Origin: Prevotellaceae bacterium | GTDB taxonomy: Bacteria; Bacteroidota; Bacteroidia; Bacteroidales; Bacteroidaceae | Direction: 5' to 3' | Length of the DNA stretch: 52,819 nucleotides | Assembly: GCA_022763905.1 (NCBI GenBank) | Contig: JALERS010000129.1 | Span: forward strand, 1-52,819 | In this document: one piece after another, positions 1 through 8,605 of the stretch | How the letters are laid out: each line of letters starts with the position of its first letter | How positions within the stretch are numbered: the stretch's first letter is position 1 | Notes under the pieces: model-generated | The model's database searches: none | Seen by the model: only the letters and a program-made list of their open reading frames with translations | What the model was told of the DNA's origin: nothing | Translations under genes and position numbers: made by a program

Positions 1-244
1 AATCGCATGGGCCGCATCAAGAACCCGGAACTGTTTCTTCTCCAACTTCAGCTACATCCAGACAACTGTCAAGAAAAAAAGCAAGATGAAAATCCAGGTG
101 GCCATCGCCCGCAAGATACTTGTAGCCGTATGGCACATGCTCTCCAAAGAAGAGGACTTCATTGACGTTTACCTCAAAAGGCTTGAAGAACAAAGAGCGA
201 TGAAGGAGAATATCAGATTACTTGAATCGTTGATGGCCAATTAG
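1..244 (+). mobile_element. 3' end of an IS110-family (DEDD) transposase gene, truncated by the window edge; stop TAG at 242-244
   Basis: Frame-2 translation reads IAWAASRTRNCFFSNFSYIQTTVKKKSKMKIQVAIARKILVAVWHMLSKEEDFIDVYLKRLEEQRAMKENIRLLESLMAN*. The segment AIARKILVAVWHML resembles the conserved C-terminal helix of IS110/IS1111 transposases. This ORF is not in the supplied track because the N-terminus lies outside the window. Confidence 0.7.
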
Positions 245-779
245 CCATTCGATATACCTTCCCGTGCAATGTAACTATCTTTGTGGTGCATGACAGCCCG
301 GCTTGCAAATTTGCAGATACACGGTAAGGAGTTGGACACCGGCATAAGCTAACCAAGCTTGTAGAGGAAAGTAGCATACTTAACGTATGAACTCCGTGAT
401 AGTGTATCACGGATACAATCGCCGTATGCCAAATAGGGAAAAGTAAGCTTATAAGGACTCTTTGTGGGTGTCTTTCCCAATCATTCTCATAAATCGTTTT
501 AGAGGAAAGATACAATTTTTCTTTATAGTCGGATTCCTTGTAGTAGAGCAAAGTTGTGGGGTATAATGTGTTTTTAAGGGTTTCGGCGGGTTTTAGGAAT
601 ACATGTGGTTTTAAGGGATGCCGATTGTAGGGTTCTTTTCTGTCTTCATCGTCAGAACTATCCATGAATAGGGGGGAAGGATGTTCGATGTATTGCCTTC
701 CTCTACTAGGGATATCACCGTATATTCTTTTGGCTTCTCTCCAGCATTCAGAGTAGCGGTTCTCGTTCGGATTTGCCAT
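213..779 (-). CDS. hypothetical protein; the C-terminal part may be read-through into IS-derived sequence
   Basis: 188-aa ORF that starts 30 nt downstream of the M48 peptidase gene on the same strand. I recognise no family. Its 3' end overlaps the transposase stop region, so the real product, if any, may be truncated. Confidence 0.25.
   Translation of the reverse strand: MANPNENRYSECWREAKRIYGDIPSRGRQYIEHPSPLFMDSSDDEDRKEPYNRHPLKPHVFLKPAETLKNTLYPTTLLYYKESDYKEKLYLSSKTIYENDWERHPQRVLISLLFPIWHTAIVSVIHYHGVHTLSMLLSSTSLVSLCRCPTPYRVSANLQAGLSCTTKIVTLHGKVYRMANWPSTIQVI
276..283 (+). promoter_or_regulatory. TATCTTTG, a match to the Bacteroides -7 promoter box (TAnnTTTG), about 30 nt after the transposase stop
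   Basis: Exact TAnnTTTG match read in the sequence. No + strand CDS follows it. Hairpins follow at 316-327 (TGCAAATTTGCA) and 393-411 (CCGTGATA-GTG-TATCACGG). Confidence 0.35.
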
Positions 780-809
780 CTGCCTTTAAGGGGTGAATCC
801 GAGTTCTTC

Positions 810-2030
810 CTATTCTGATAAATGGATGACCCTGTCCTTGAGGGTGGGGTGGGAGTATTGCAGACGGACTACCCAAGGATGGGGGGTGAGATTGGACATA
901 TTGCGGGAGGCCATCTTTTTTAAGGCGGAAGCAACATCTTTTCCCAGTCCGTTCGCTTTGGCGAATTCATCAGCCTGCCATTCGTAGTGTCGGGACATAT
1001 AGTTGTCGGCAACTGAGAGGAGACTACTGAAAGGCGAATAGATGAGAGAGAACACCATAAGATTGATGTGAAATGACGGAAAACAATGGCCTGCAGCTTG
1101 GGCAACGTCAGGATTCTGCATTACCAGTCCGAATACATAGAGCATAACGAGTTGAATTGCCATGGAAACAACCATCGACTTATAGAGATGGCGATGACGG
1201 TAATGTCCTATTTCGTGGGCAAGTACACCGACGATTTCAGAAGAGTCCAATTGCTCGATAAGGGTATCATAAAGGACGATGCGTTTACGGGGGCCGTAAC
1301 CGGTGAAATAAGCATTAGCGTGGGAGGAACGTTTGGAACCATTGATGACGTAAATATTGCTAATGCGAAAACCTACACGGGCAGCAAATTTTTCTATCTC
1401 GTCTCGCAGCGATCCTTCTTCAAGAGGTGTCTGACGGTTGAATAAGGGAACGATGAGGTCGGAGTAGAAAAACTGGATGAAAAGCGAGAAGAGAGTGATG
1501 GCTATCCAAGCCAAGAGCCAAAACCACTGAGGAATGAGGGTGTAAATCCAGGTGAGAAGAGAAAGGATGGCACCTCCGAGGATTACTGTGAGTAAAAGGC
1601 TTTTCAACTGGTCGGCTATATAGACACGGGGTGTGGTGCGGTTAAACCCAAATCGTTCCTCTATAACGAAAGTATCATAGATGCCGAAGGGGATGCCTGG
1701 TATCCATGAAGCGAGATAAACAAAGCCGAAAAAGACGAGAGATTGGAGAATGGGTGATGGACTGATAGCTCTAGCCCAACCGTCAAAGAGGGCGAATGCC
1801 CCGAAGGCGAACAGGCTGACTAGTATTATAGTGTCTAGGCAGGTGCTGAGGTAGCCTGCCCGGGCATTGATACGTCGGTAATGTTGTTGTCTGCGGTAGG
1901 CGGCAGGAGTGTAGATGCCGACGAGTACATCAGGGATAGGGAGATGGGAAGACTTGTTGTTTAGACAGAAAAGTAAGGTGGTGTAGGCAAACTCTGCCAG
2001 GCAGATGCCAATGATAATCCAGTAGAGCAT
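810..2030 (-). CDS. M48 family zinc metallopeptidase (Ste24/HtpX-like, membrane-embedded)
   Basis: 406 aa with several hydrophobic helices followed by the HEIGHYRHRH (HExxH) motif. This is the Ste24-type architecture. Confidence 0.85.
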   Translation of the reverse strand: MLYWIIIGICLAEFAYTTLLFCLNNKSSHLPIPDVLVGIYTPAAYRRQQHYRRINARAGYLSTCLDTIILVSLFAFGAFALFDGWARAISPSPILQSLVFFGFVYLASWIPGIPFGIYDTFVIEERFGFNRTTPRVYIADQLKSLLLTVILGGAILSLLTWIYTLIPQWFWLLAWIAITLFSLFIQFFYSDLIVPLFNRQTPLEEGSLRDEIEKFAARVGFRISNIYVINGSKRSSHANAYFTGYGPRKRIVLYDTLIEQLDSSEIVGVLAHEIGHYRHRHLYKSMVVSMAIQLVMLYVFGLVMQNPDVAQAAGHCFPSFHINLMVFSLIYSPFSSLLSVADNYMSRHYEWQADEFAKANGLGKDVASALKKMASRNMSNLTPHPWVVRLQYSHPTLKDRVIHLSE

Positions 2031-2057
2031 AGGAGTTGGGAAATAAAAGAGGTGTTG

Positions 2058-2927
2058 TTACAGGATGCGTAGGACGCGAACTCCCAGATGGGTCTTTTGC
2101 TGGCGGTTGTATTTCTGGAGGGTATTTCTATCTATGACCACCTTCTTGTACAGACTAGAGGCATTGAGTAGGTGGAGATGACCATCCTTCCAAACTGCAA
2201 ATCCGAGATGGGAGACATCAAGCCCAGGTTTGTTGGTTACGATAGCAAGGATATCACCGTTGTGGATGCAGTCCAGTTGTCTTTGGTCTAATCCTAGATG
2301 GGAGTTAGGGATATAGTGGACCTTCTTGTCGCTGAGGGCTTCCTCTTGTTGTCGGATGAGGGAAATAAGTTCGGGTTGGTTACGAAGGGCTACATACTTG
2401 TCTGGATGGGTGGTCATGTAGGAACAGTCTAGTTGCTGGGTAGCTGAGAAATGATGGCTAGTACAGTCGCTACTCTGTATTTCGTGGACGAAATGTTGCT
2501 GGCTATTGTGGAAAATCCATGAGGAAAAATAGTGATTGCGTGAGGCATAGCCGTTGATAACACCATTGGGATAGCGTAAATGCTGCAGGTAATAGAGAAA
2601 GCGGTCAAAGGTAGTGTCGCCATTGCGTGCTGCCAGGGTCAGGGCTACGACAACTTCTACATAGGTAGTGCAGTCCAACTGATTTAGATTGACTACCAAT
2701 CTCTCCTCAACGCCTTTTTCAAGGGTGTGGGCCACATAGGGTTTTCCGATAAACTTATTGGCGAAGAAGAGCACGTCATTGGTATTGGCGGGCAGATGAT
2801 TAGCTTCACGCAGATAGCGCTCCACAATAATGGAATCAGACGGACTGTATAAAGGTTTGGCGCCTTGAATAGGGCTGGTAATCCCACAGGATACTACTAG
2901 AAGAAAAAGAGAAATAAAAGGTTTCAT
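2058..2927 (-). CDS. DUF1460-like (amidase-like) secreted protein or lipoprotein
   Basis: 289 aa with signal peptide MKPFISLFLLVVSCG. The block FIGKPYVAHTLE...LVVNLNQLDCTTYVEVVVAL resembles DUF1460 family proteins; this assignment is from memory only. Confidence 0.55.
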   Translation of the reverse strand: MKPFISLFLLVVSCGITSPIQGAKPLYSPSDSIIVERYLREANHLPANTNDVLFFANKFIGKPYVAHTLEKGVEERLVVNLNQLDCTTYVEVVVALTLAARNGDTTFDRFLYYLQHLRYPNGVINGYASRNHYFSSWIFHNSQQHFVHEIQSSDCTSHHFSATQQLDCSYMTTHPDKYVALRNQPELISLIRQQEEALSDKKVHYIPNSHLGLDQRQLDCIHNGDILAIVTNKPGLDVSHLGFAVWKDGHLHLLNASSLYKKVVIDRNTLQKYNRQQKTHLGVRVLRIL

Positions 2928-2952
2928 TGTGTGTAATGTGTTTGTGAAAGGG

Positions 2953-3429
2953 TCAGCCTTCGTGGTGATAAGGCTCTCCAGCCAATATGGTGAGTGCTCG
3001 GTATAACTGCTCGATGAAAATAAGGCGTACCATTTGATGAGAGAATGTCATGCGTGAGAGGGAAAGCATGAATTGGCTCTTATCATAGACTTCCTGGGAA
3101 AAGCCATAAGCACCGCCTATTATAAAGACCAGACGCCGATGGGATAGATTGAACTGATGGCTGAGGAAGGAAGAAAACTCTACTGAGCGATACTCCTTGC
3201 CTCGCTCGTCAAGCAGGATGATACAATCGCCAGGACGCATGTTCTGCAGGAGGAGGGCACCCTCCTTCTCCTTGATGACTGAAGGCGGCATGCTCTTGCT
3301 GCTTTTGATATCGGGAAAGATGGTAATGTCAAATGGTGTGTAATGGCCTATCCTTTGGGTGTACTCCTCAATGAGACTATTCAAGTGTTTATCTACGGTT
3401 TTGCCGACAACGAAAAGTGAAATTTTCAT
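2953..3429 (-). CDS. rlmH: 23S rRNA (pseudouridine1915-N3)-methyltransferase RlmH
   Basis: The track ORF runs to 3528, but SPOUT/RlmH-like sequence begins at MKISLFVVGKT (ATG at 3427-3429 on the minus strand). The C-terminal IIGGAYGFSQEV...MTFSHQMVRLIFIEQLYRA is typical of RlmH. The product is 158 aa. Confidence 0.85.
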   Translation of the reverse strand: MKISLFVVGKTVDKHLNSLIEEYTQRIGHYTPFDITIFPDIKSSKSMPPSVIKEKEGALLLQNMRPGDCIILLDERGKEYRSVEFSSFLSHQFNLSHRRLVFIIGGAYGFSQEVYDKSQFMLSLSRMTFSHQMVRLIFIEQLYRALTILAGEPYHHEG

Positions 3430-3495
3430 GGATGCAAAATTAATGCTTTCTTGCAATTTGGATGGGCAAATACGTGTATTTCCCAATTTAAACTT

Positions 3496-3503
3496 TATCT
3501 TTG
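3496..3503 (+). promoter_or_regulatory. -7 box TATCTTTG upstream of nadC
   Basis: TAnnTTTG match 58 nt upstream of the ATG at 3561. Confidence 0.5.
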
Positions 3504-3560
3504 TACATCCAAAACGAAAAATATCCAATTGATTTTTTAACTGTATAGTACAATAGAGTT

Positions 3561-4412
3561 ATGTATACAAATGAAGAATTAGAAGACAAGCTGATAGACC
3601 TGGCCTTTGCTGAAGATATAGGCGACGGAGACCATACTACTCTCTGTTGTATCCCTAAAACTGCTATAGGAAAGTCTCAGCTCATCATCAAGGAGACAGG
3701 TGTCTTGGCTGGTGTAGATGTTGCCTTGAGGGTGTTTCACCGCTTTGATCCAGAATTGAAAGTGGAAGTGTTAATCAACGATGGTGCCGAGGTTCATCCT
3801 GGGGATGTGGTGTTTGTGGTGACTGGAAAAGTTCGTAGTCTGCTGCAGACTGAACGTCTCATGCTGAACATTATGCAACGTATGAGTGGCATTGCTACTA
3901 TGACCCGCCATTATATGAAGATGTTGGAGGGAACGGGAACACGTGTGCTGGATACACGCAAGACCACTCCAGGTATGCGAATTCTAGAGAAACAGGCTGT
4001 AAAGACGGGCGGAGGTACCAACCACCGCATTGGTCTCTTTGATATGATATTGCTGAAGGACAACCATATTGATTTTGCCGGTGGCATTGCACAGGCACTT
4101 GACCGATGTCATGCTTATCTGAAGGAAAAAGGCAAGTCACTCAAGATAGAAATAGAGGTGCGTTCCCTTGACGAATTGCAACAGGTACTGGATCATGGAG
4201 GTGTGGACCGTATCATGTTGGACAACTTCAGTGTGGAGGATACACGCAAGGCTGTACTACTCGTGGACCATCGCTATGAGGTTGAGTCAAGTGGCGGCAT
4301 TACTGCTGACACACTCAGAGCCTATGCCGAACAGGGTGTCGACTTCATCTCGGTTGGGGCATTGACCCATTCTGTAAAAGGTCTGGATATGTCATTCAAA
4401 GCTGCAGAGTAA
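3561..4412 (+). CDS. nadC: nicotinate-nucleotide diphosphorylase (carboxylating), i.e. quinolinate phosphoribosyltransferase
   Basis: 283 aa with TERLMLNIMQRMSGIAT, LDTRKTTPGMR, LLKDNHI and the C-terminal SVGALTHS, all typical of NadC. Confidence 0.9.
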   Translation: MYTNEELEDKLIDLAFAEDIGDGDHTTLCCIPKTAIGKSQLIIKETGVLAGVDVALRVFHRFDPELKVEVLINDGAEVHPGDVVFVVTGKVRSLLQTERLMLNIMQRMSGIATMTRHYMKMLEGTGTRVLDTRKTTPGMRILEKQAVKTGGGTNHRIGLFDMILLKDNHIDFAGGIAQALDRCHAYLKEKGKSLKIEIEVRSLDELQQVLDHGGVDRIMLDNFSVEDTRKAVLLVDHRYEVESSGGITADTLRAYAEQGVDFISVGALTHSVKGLDMSFKAAE

Positions 4413-4419
4413 GAAAGCT

Positions 4420-6072
4420 ATGAGGAGTATGCGTTTGTTGTTCTGTACTATGCTGGCTGCCACCTCTGTGCTGGCCTCCTGGGCATGTACCAATATTATT
4501 GTGGGTAAAAAGGCCTCTGTTGATGGTAGTGTTCTTGTTTCTTATAGCGCTGACAGTTACGGTTGCTATGGTGTGATGCAGCATTTTGCTCCCGGTTGCC
4601 ATCCGCAAGGAAGTGTGCGACCCGTCTATGATTGGGAAACCAATGCCTATAAGGGGACCATTCCCGAAGCTCCCGTTACCTACAATGTGGTGGGCAATAT
4701 GAATGAACATCAGGTGACCATTGCTGAAACCACTTTTGGCGGACGTGAGGAACTGGTGGATACTACAGGACTGCTTGACTATGGTAGTCTGATATATATC
4801 GCTCTGCAACGTTCCCGTACTGCTCGTGAGGCCATAGATGTCATGACGTCTCTAGTGGAGGAATATGGTTATTGTAGCGAAGGGGAAACGTTTACCCTAG
4901 CTGACCCGCAAGAGGCATGGATAATGGAGATGGTGGGAAAGGGCCCTGGTGTGAAGGGTGCCGTATGGGTAGCAGTGCGCATCCCTGATGATTGTGTGTG
5001 TGCCCATGCTAACCAGAGTCGTATTCATCGCTTTATGCACTATGATAAGAAGGAGTGCTTGTTTGCCAAGGATGTGGTGTCATTTGCTCGCTCCAAGGGA
5101 TTGTATAAGGGTAAGGATAAGGATTTTGATTTCGCAGCCACCTATTGCCCCATCGACTTCTCCGGTGCTCGTGCCTGCGAGGCTCGTGTGTGGGGATTCT
5201 ACCGCCTTTGTGTGGACGGTATGGACCGTTATTTTGAGTATGCTTCTGGTAAGGACCTGACAGCTACTCCTATGGACCTTTTTTATCGCCCCAATAAGCA
5301 ACTGAGTGTACAGGATGTACAAGCAGCCATGCGCGACCAGTATGAGGGTACGCCTTTAGATATGACCCATGACGCGGGAGCAGGAGTGTATCAGTCGCCT
5401 TACCGTCCCAGACCGCTCTTTTGGGAACATGAGGGGAAAAAGTATTTCAATGAACGTCCCATTGGTACCCAGCAGTCATCTTTCACCTTCGTGGCCCAGA
5501 TGCGTGCGTCATTGCCCGATGCCATAGGTGGTGTTCTGTGGTTTGCCAATGACGATTCCAAGACATCAGCCTATACCCCTGTGTATTGTTGTGTGGACAC
5601 CATTCCGGCCTGCTATACCAAGACATCTGGCGACGATGTCTCCTTCTCATTCAAGAGCGCCTTTTGGATGTGTAACTGGGTGGCAAATATGGTCTATCCG
5701 CGTTTTAGTCTGCTTTATCCTGATTTGGAGAAACGCCGTACTGCACTAGAGAAGAGTTTCTTCAATCAACAGCAAGAAGTGGAAGCCAAGGCTTTGCAAC
5801 TATATGGACAGGATAGTAAGAAGGCTGTAGCTTATCTAACCGACTATTCTACAGCTATGGCTGATAGGATGATGGAGGAATGGATGCAGCTGGCACAGTT
5901 TCTTATTGTGAAATATAATGACAATGTAGTGAAACCAGAGACCGATGGAGTCTTTCTGCGTACGAAGGACGGATTAGGGGCTAAGGTCCAATCGGTGGGA
6001 TATCCGAAGGCTACGTATGAGCGCATCATTAAGGAGACGGACGACCGTTTTCTGGTGCCAACCGCCCAATAG
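4420..6072 (+). CDS. C69 family dipeptidase, secreted
   Basis: 550 aa. A signal peptide is followed by ACTNIIVGKKAS, where the Cys is the N-terminal nucleophile typical of peptidase family C69. Confidence 0.85.
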   Translation: MRSMRLLFCTMLAATSVLASWACTNIIVGKKASVDGSVLVSYSADSYGCYGVMQHFAPGCHPQGSVRPVYDWETNAYKGTIPEAPVTYNVVGNMNEHQVTIAETTFGGREELVDTTGLLDYGSLIYIALQRSRTAREAIDVMTSLVEEYGYCSEGETFTLADPQEAWIMEMVGKGPGVKGAVWVAVRIPDDCVCAHANQSRIHRFMHYDKKECLFAKDVVSFARSKGLYKGKDKDFDFAATYCPIDFSGARACEARVWGFYRLCVDGMDRYFEYASGKDLTATPMDLFYRPNKQLSVQDVQAAMRDQYEGTPLDMTHDAGAGVYQSPYRPRPLFWEHEGKKYFNERPIGTQQSSFTFVAQMRASLPDAIGGVLWFANDDSKTSAYTPVYCCVDTIPACYTKTSGDDVSFSFKSAFWMCNWVANMVYPRFSLLYPDLEKRRTALEKSFFNQQQEVEAKALQLYGQDSKKAVAYLTDYSTAMADRMMEEWMQLAQFLIVKYNDNVVKPETDGVFLRTKDGLGAKVQSVGYPKATYERIIKETDDRFLVPTAQ

Positions 6073-6159
6073 AGGTCTCTGTACAATCATTTGTGTGACA
6101 AGACCCAATCATTCAAGCAATCAATAAACAACATATAAACATAAAACAACATATTGATT

Positions 6160-7908
6160 ATGGACGAAAACAAATCTGTTATCTTCCACTGTGAGGAAGT
6201 GGCTCGCCAGTGGTTGTCATCCCCGTTGTATGACGCTGAAACCAAGTCCGCTGTCCAATCTATGCTGGACGATGAAGACAAGACGAATCTCATCGACTCG
6301 TTCTACAAATCATTGGAGTTTGGTACGGGTGGCCTACGTGGCATCATGGGACCTGGAACCAACCGAATGAATATCTATACTGTAGGTGCTGCCACACAGG
6401 GATTGGCGAACTACCTGAACAAGAGTTTCAAGGATATGGAGCAAATCTCTGTCGTGATAGGATATGACTGCCGCAACAATAGCCAGTTGTTTGCCCATAC
6501 CTGTGCCGACATTTTTTCTGCCAATGGCATAAAGGTCTATCTCTTTGATGATATGAGGCCTACTCCGGAAATGTCGTTTGCTATCCGCCAACTGGGTTGC
6601 CAGAGTGGTATCATCCTTACGGCTTCTCACAATCCGCGTGAATACAATGGATACAAGGCTTATTGGGATGATGGTGCACAAGTATTGGCTCCCCACGACA
6701 AAGGCATTATCGACGAGGTGAACAAGGTGTGTGTTGAAGACATCAAGTTCCAAGGCAACAAAGAACTCATCACCATTGTAGGAGAGGAAATAGACAAAGC
6801 CTATTTGGAGGCAGTGCATACAATCTCCATTGATAGCCAAGCCATTTCCCGACAGAAGGATCTCAAGATTGTCTATACGCCTATTCATGGCACCGGCATG
6901 AAGCTCATTCCCCGCTCCCTACAATTGTGGGGCTTTGAGAATGTAACTACTGTGCCTGAACAGATGGTTAAGGATGGCAATTTCCCCACTGTGGTGAGTC
7001 CCAACCCAGAAAATGCAGAGGCGCTGACACTAGCTCTCAATCTGGCTAAGAAGATTGACGCTGATATCGTGATGGCCAGTGACCCTGATGCTGATCGTGT
7101 TGGCATGGCCTGCAAAAATGACAAGGGCGAGTGGGTGCTGATTAATGGAAACCAGACTACCTTGATATTTCTCTATTACATCATAAAGAATCGTATCGCT
7201 CTCGGCAAGATGAAGGGTAATGAATTTATCGTCAAGACTATTGTGACGACAGAACTCGTGAAAACTATTGCTGACAGAAACCATATAGAGATGTTGGATG
7301 TATACACAGGTTTCAAATGGATAGCCCGTGAAATACGCCTGCGCGAAGGAAAGAAAGTGTACATTGGCGGAGGTGAAGAAAGCTATGGATTCTTGGCAGA
7401 GGACTTTGTACGCGATAAGGATGCAGTGTCTGCCTGCTCCTTGTTAGCAGAAATCTGTGCTTGGGCTAAGGATAACGGAAAGACACTTTATGAAGTGCTG
7501 ATGGATATTTACATGGAGTATGGTTTCACTCAGAACTATTCCATCAATGTAGTCAAGCCTGGTAAGAGCGGTGCTGATGAAATCAAGGCCATGATGGACA
7601 ATTTCCGAAAGAGTCCTGTCAAGGAACTGGCTGGCAGTCCAGTTGTTGAGATACGCGACTTCAAGACCTTGGAGTCTATCGACGCAGAGGGTTGTCGCAC
7701 TCCATTGACAATGCCAGAACCCAGCAATGTATTACAATGGTTCACCGCTGATGGTATAAAGGTTAGTGTGCGTCCTTCTGGCACAGAACCCAAGATAAAG
7801 TTCTATGTAGAGATTCCTGCTTCTTTCACTTCTCCGTCGGATTATGTCAAAGCTGTAGCCTCGACGGATGCCCGTATGGAAGAAATTAAGAAGTCGATAG
7901 GGCTCTAG
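6160..7908 (+). CDS. phospho-sugar mutase (phosphoglucomutase/phosphomannomutase family)
   Basis: TASHNPREYNGYK phosphoserine loop, ASDPDADR metal site and GGEESYG sugar loop. The track start at 6154 is TTG; the first ATG is at 6160. Confidence 0.9.
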   Translation: MDENKSVIFHCEEVARQWLSSPLYDAETKSAVQSMLDDEDKTNLIDSFYKSLEFGTGGLRGIMGPGTNRMNIYTVGAATQGLANYLNKSFKDMEQISVVIGYDCRNNSQLFAHTCADIFSANGIKVYLFDDMRPTPEMSFAIRQLGCQSGIILTASHNPREYNGYKAYWDDGAQVLAPHDKGIIDEVNKVCVEDIKFQGNKELITIVGEEIDKAYLEAVHTISIDSQAISRQKDLKIVYTPIHGTGMKLIPRSLQLWGFENVTTVPEQMVKDGNFPTVVSPNPENAEALTLALNLAKKIDADIVMASDPDADRVGMACKNDKGEWVLINGNQTTLIFLYYIIKNRIALGKMKGNEFIVKTIVTTELVKTIADRNHIEMLDVYTGFKWIAREIRLREGKKVYIGGGEESYGFLAEDFVRDKDAVSACSLLAEICAWAKDNGKTLYEVLMDIYMEYGFTQNYSINVVKPGKSGADEIKAMMDNFRKSPVKELAGSPVVEIRDFKTLESIDAEGCRTPLTMPEPSNVLQWFTADGIKVSVRPSGTEPKIKFYVEIPASFTSPSDYVKAVASTDARMEEIKKSIGL

Positions 7909-7913
7909 CGGGA

Positions 7914-7993
7914 TCTTTGGAACTTATAACCATCTGAAACCTCTTGAGTCGACTCAAGATAACGAAAAGAATTGTCCAGATTGGTTCCAAAGA
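7914..7993. repeat. nested inverted repeats directly after the mutase stop codon
   Basis: TCTTTGGAAC (7914-7923) is the exact reverse complement of GTTCCAAAGA (7984-7993). Between them lies the perfect 16-nt palindrome CTTGAGTCGACTCAAG (7943-7958). Confidence 0.6.
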
Positions 7994-8017
7994 GTATACA
8001 AATAATGTGTACAAAAC

Positions 8018-8054
8018 AAATTGAGTGACAGGCATATTACTTGTCACTCAATTT
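8018..8054. repeat. 37-nt hairpin with 13-bp perfect arms; the arms match the terminus of the R repeat family
   Basis: The arms are AAATTGAGTGACA (8018-8030) and TGTCACTCAATTT (8042-8054), with an 11-nt loop. The 10-mer CACTCAATTT / AAATTGAGTG recurs at 9214-9223 and 52316-52325. Confidence 0.7.
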
Positions 8055-8218
8055 AAATGGGTAAATGGAATCGGCAGGAAAACGATGAGGGGACTGAAGA
8101 TTAGTTTGCTAGACTAGTTGTGGCAGAATGGGTGAGTCAGCAATGTTGTTGAGTTGCAGTAGTGTGACACAGAAACTGGCGAAATAGAGATTTACCATTA
8201 TCCAATAGAGCAAGCCCA

Positions 8219-8226
8219 TATCTTTG
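8219..8226 (+). promoter_or_regulatory. orphan -7 box TATCTTTG inside the ORF-free gap, pointing into repeat element E
   Basis: Exact TAnnTTTG match. There is no ORF of 60 aa or more in any frame between 7909 and 8796. Confidence 0.35.
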
Positions 8227-8346
8227 CACGGCTCCACAAAACACTCGGGTCCGACATGACCATTTTGTCAACAAAATCAGGAGGGTCTTGTGGCATGTGT
8301 CTGTTGATTCAGTATGACTCTGCCAAGCTGTCTACTATTTGTAGTG

Positions 8347-8598
8347 GATGAAGAGAAAAAGAGTCCGTTGAAATAAGAAAATGACACCTTAGGGAAATGA
8401 AGTTAATTGAATGGTCCAAGTATTCATGGTGCTCAGCAAAAGAGTCGTCGGTGCTTTCCAAAAGAGTCGTCGGTGCTTTCCAAAAGAATCGACGATTCTA
8501 AGCAAAAGAATCGACGGTGCTTTTTAAAATAATCGACGATGCTAAGAGGAAGCAGTCAATATACTCTCAGAAATCACTTAACTGCTATGCCGTGGGAG
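8347..8598 (+). repeat. dispersed element E, copy A (partner at 35878-36056)
   Basis: The left flank GATGAAGAGAAAAAGAGTCCGTTGAAATAAG (31 nt) and right flank AGCAGTCAATATACTCTCAGAAATCACTTAACTG (34 nt) are identical in both copies. Weaker similarity extends about 60 nt further left. Confidence 0.85.
8428..8559 (+). repeat. tandem array of six 22-bp units inside element E copy A
   Basis: The units are GGTGCTCAGCAAAAGAGTCGTC, GGTGCTTTCCAAAAGAGTCGTC, GGTGCTTTCCAAAAGAATCGAC, GATTCTAAGCAAAAGAATCGAC, GGTGCTTTTTAAAATAATCGAC and GATGCTAAGAGGAAGCAGTCAA. They are head-to-tail with no spacers. Confidence 0.85.
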
Positions 8599-8605
8599 AT
8601 TGTAA

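Noticed and set aside
8428-8559. Regular 22-bp repeats that could at first glance be a CRISPR array
   Set aside because: The units are directly abutting with no spacers. They are shorter than typical CRISPR repeats and degenerate progressively. No cas genes or leader are present. This is a tandem minisatellite, not a CRISPR array.
8538-8559. GGAAGCAG in the last repeat unit (also at 36004-36025) resembles the conserved SRP RNA domain IV motif
   Set aside because: Only an 8-nt match. The symmetric loop and closing helices of 4.5S RNA are absent. The motif is present twice in a repeat family and varies between copies (GAGGAAGCAG versus GAGAAAGCAG).
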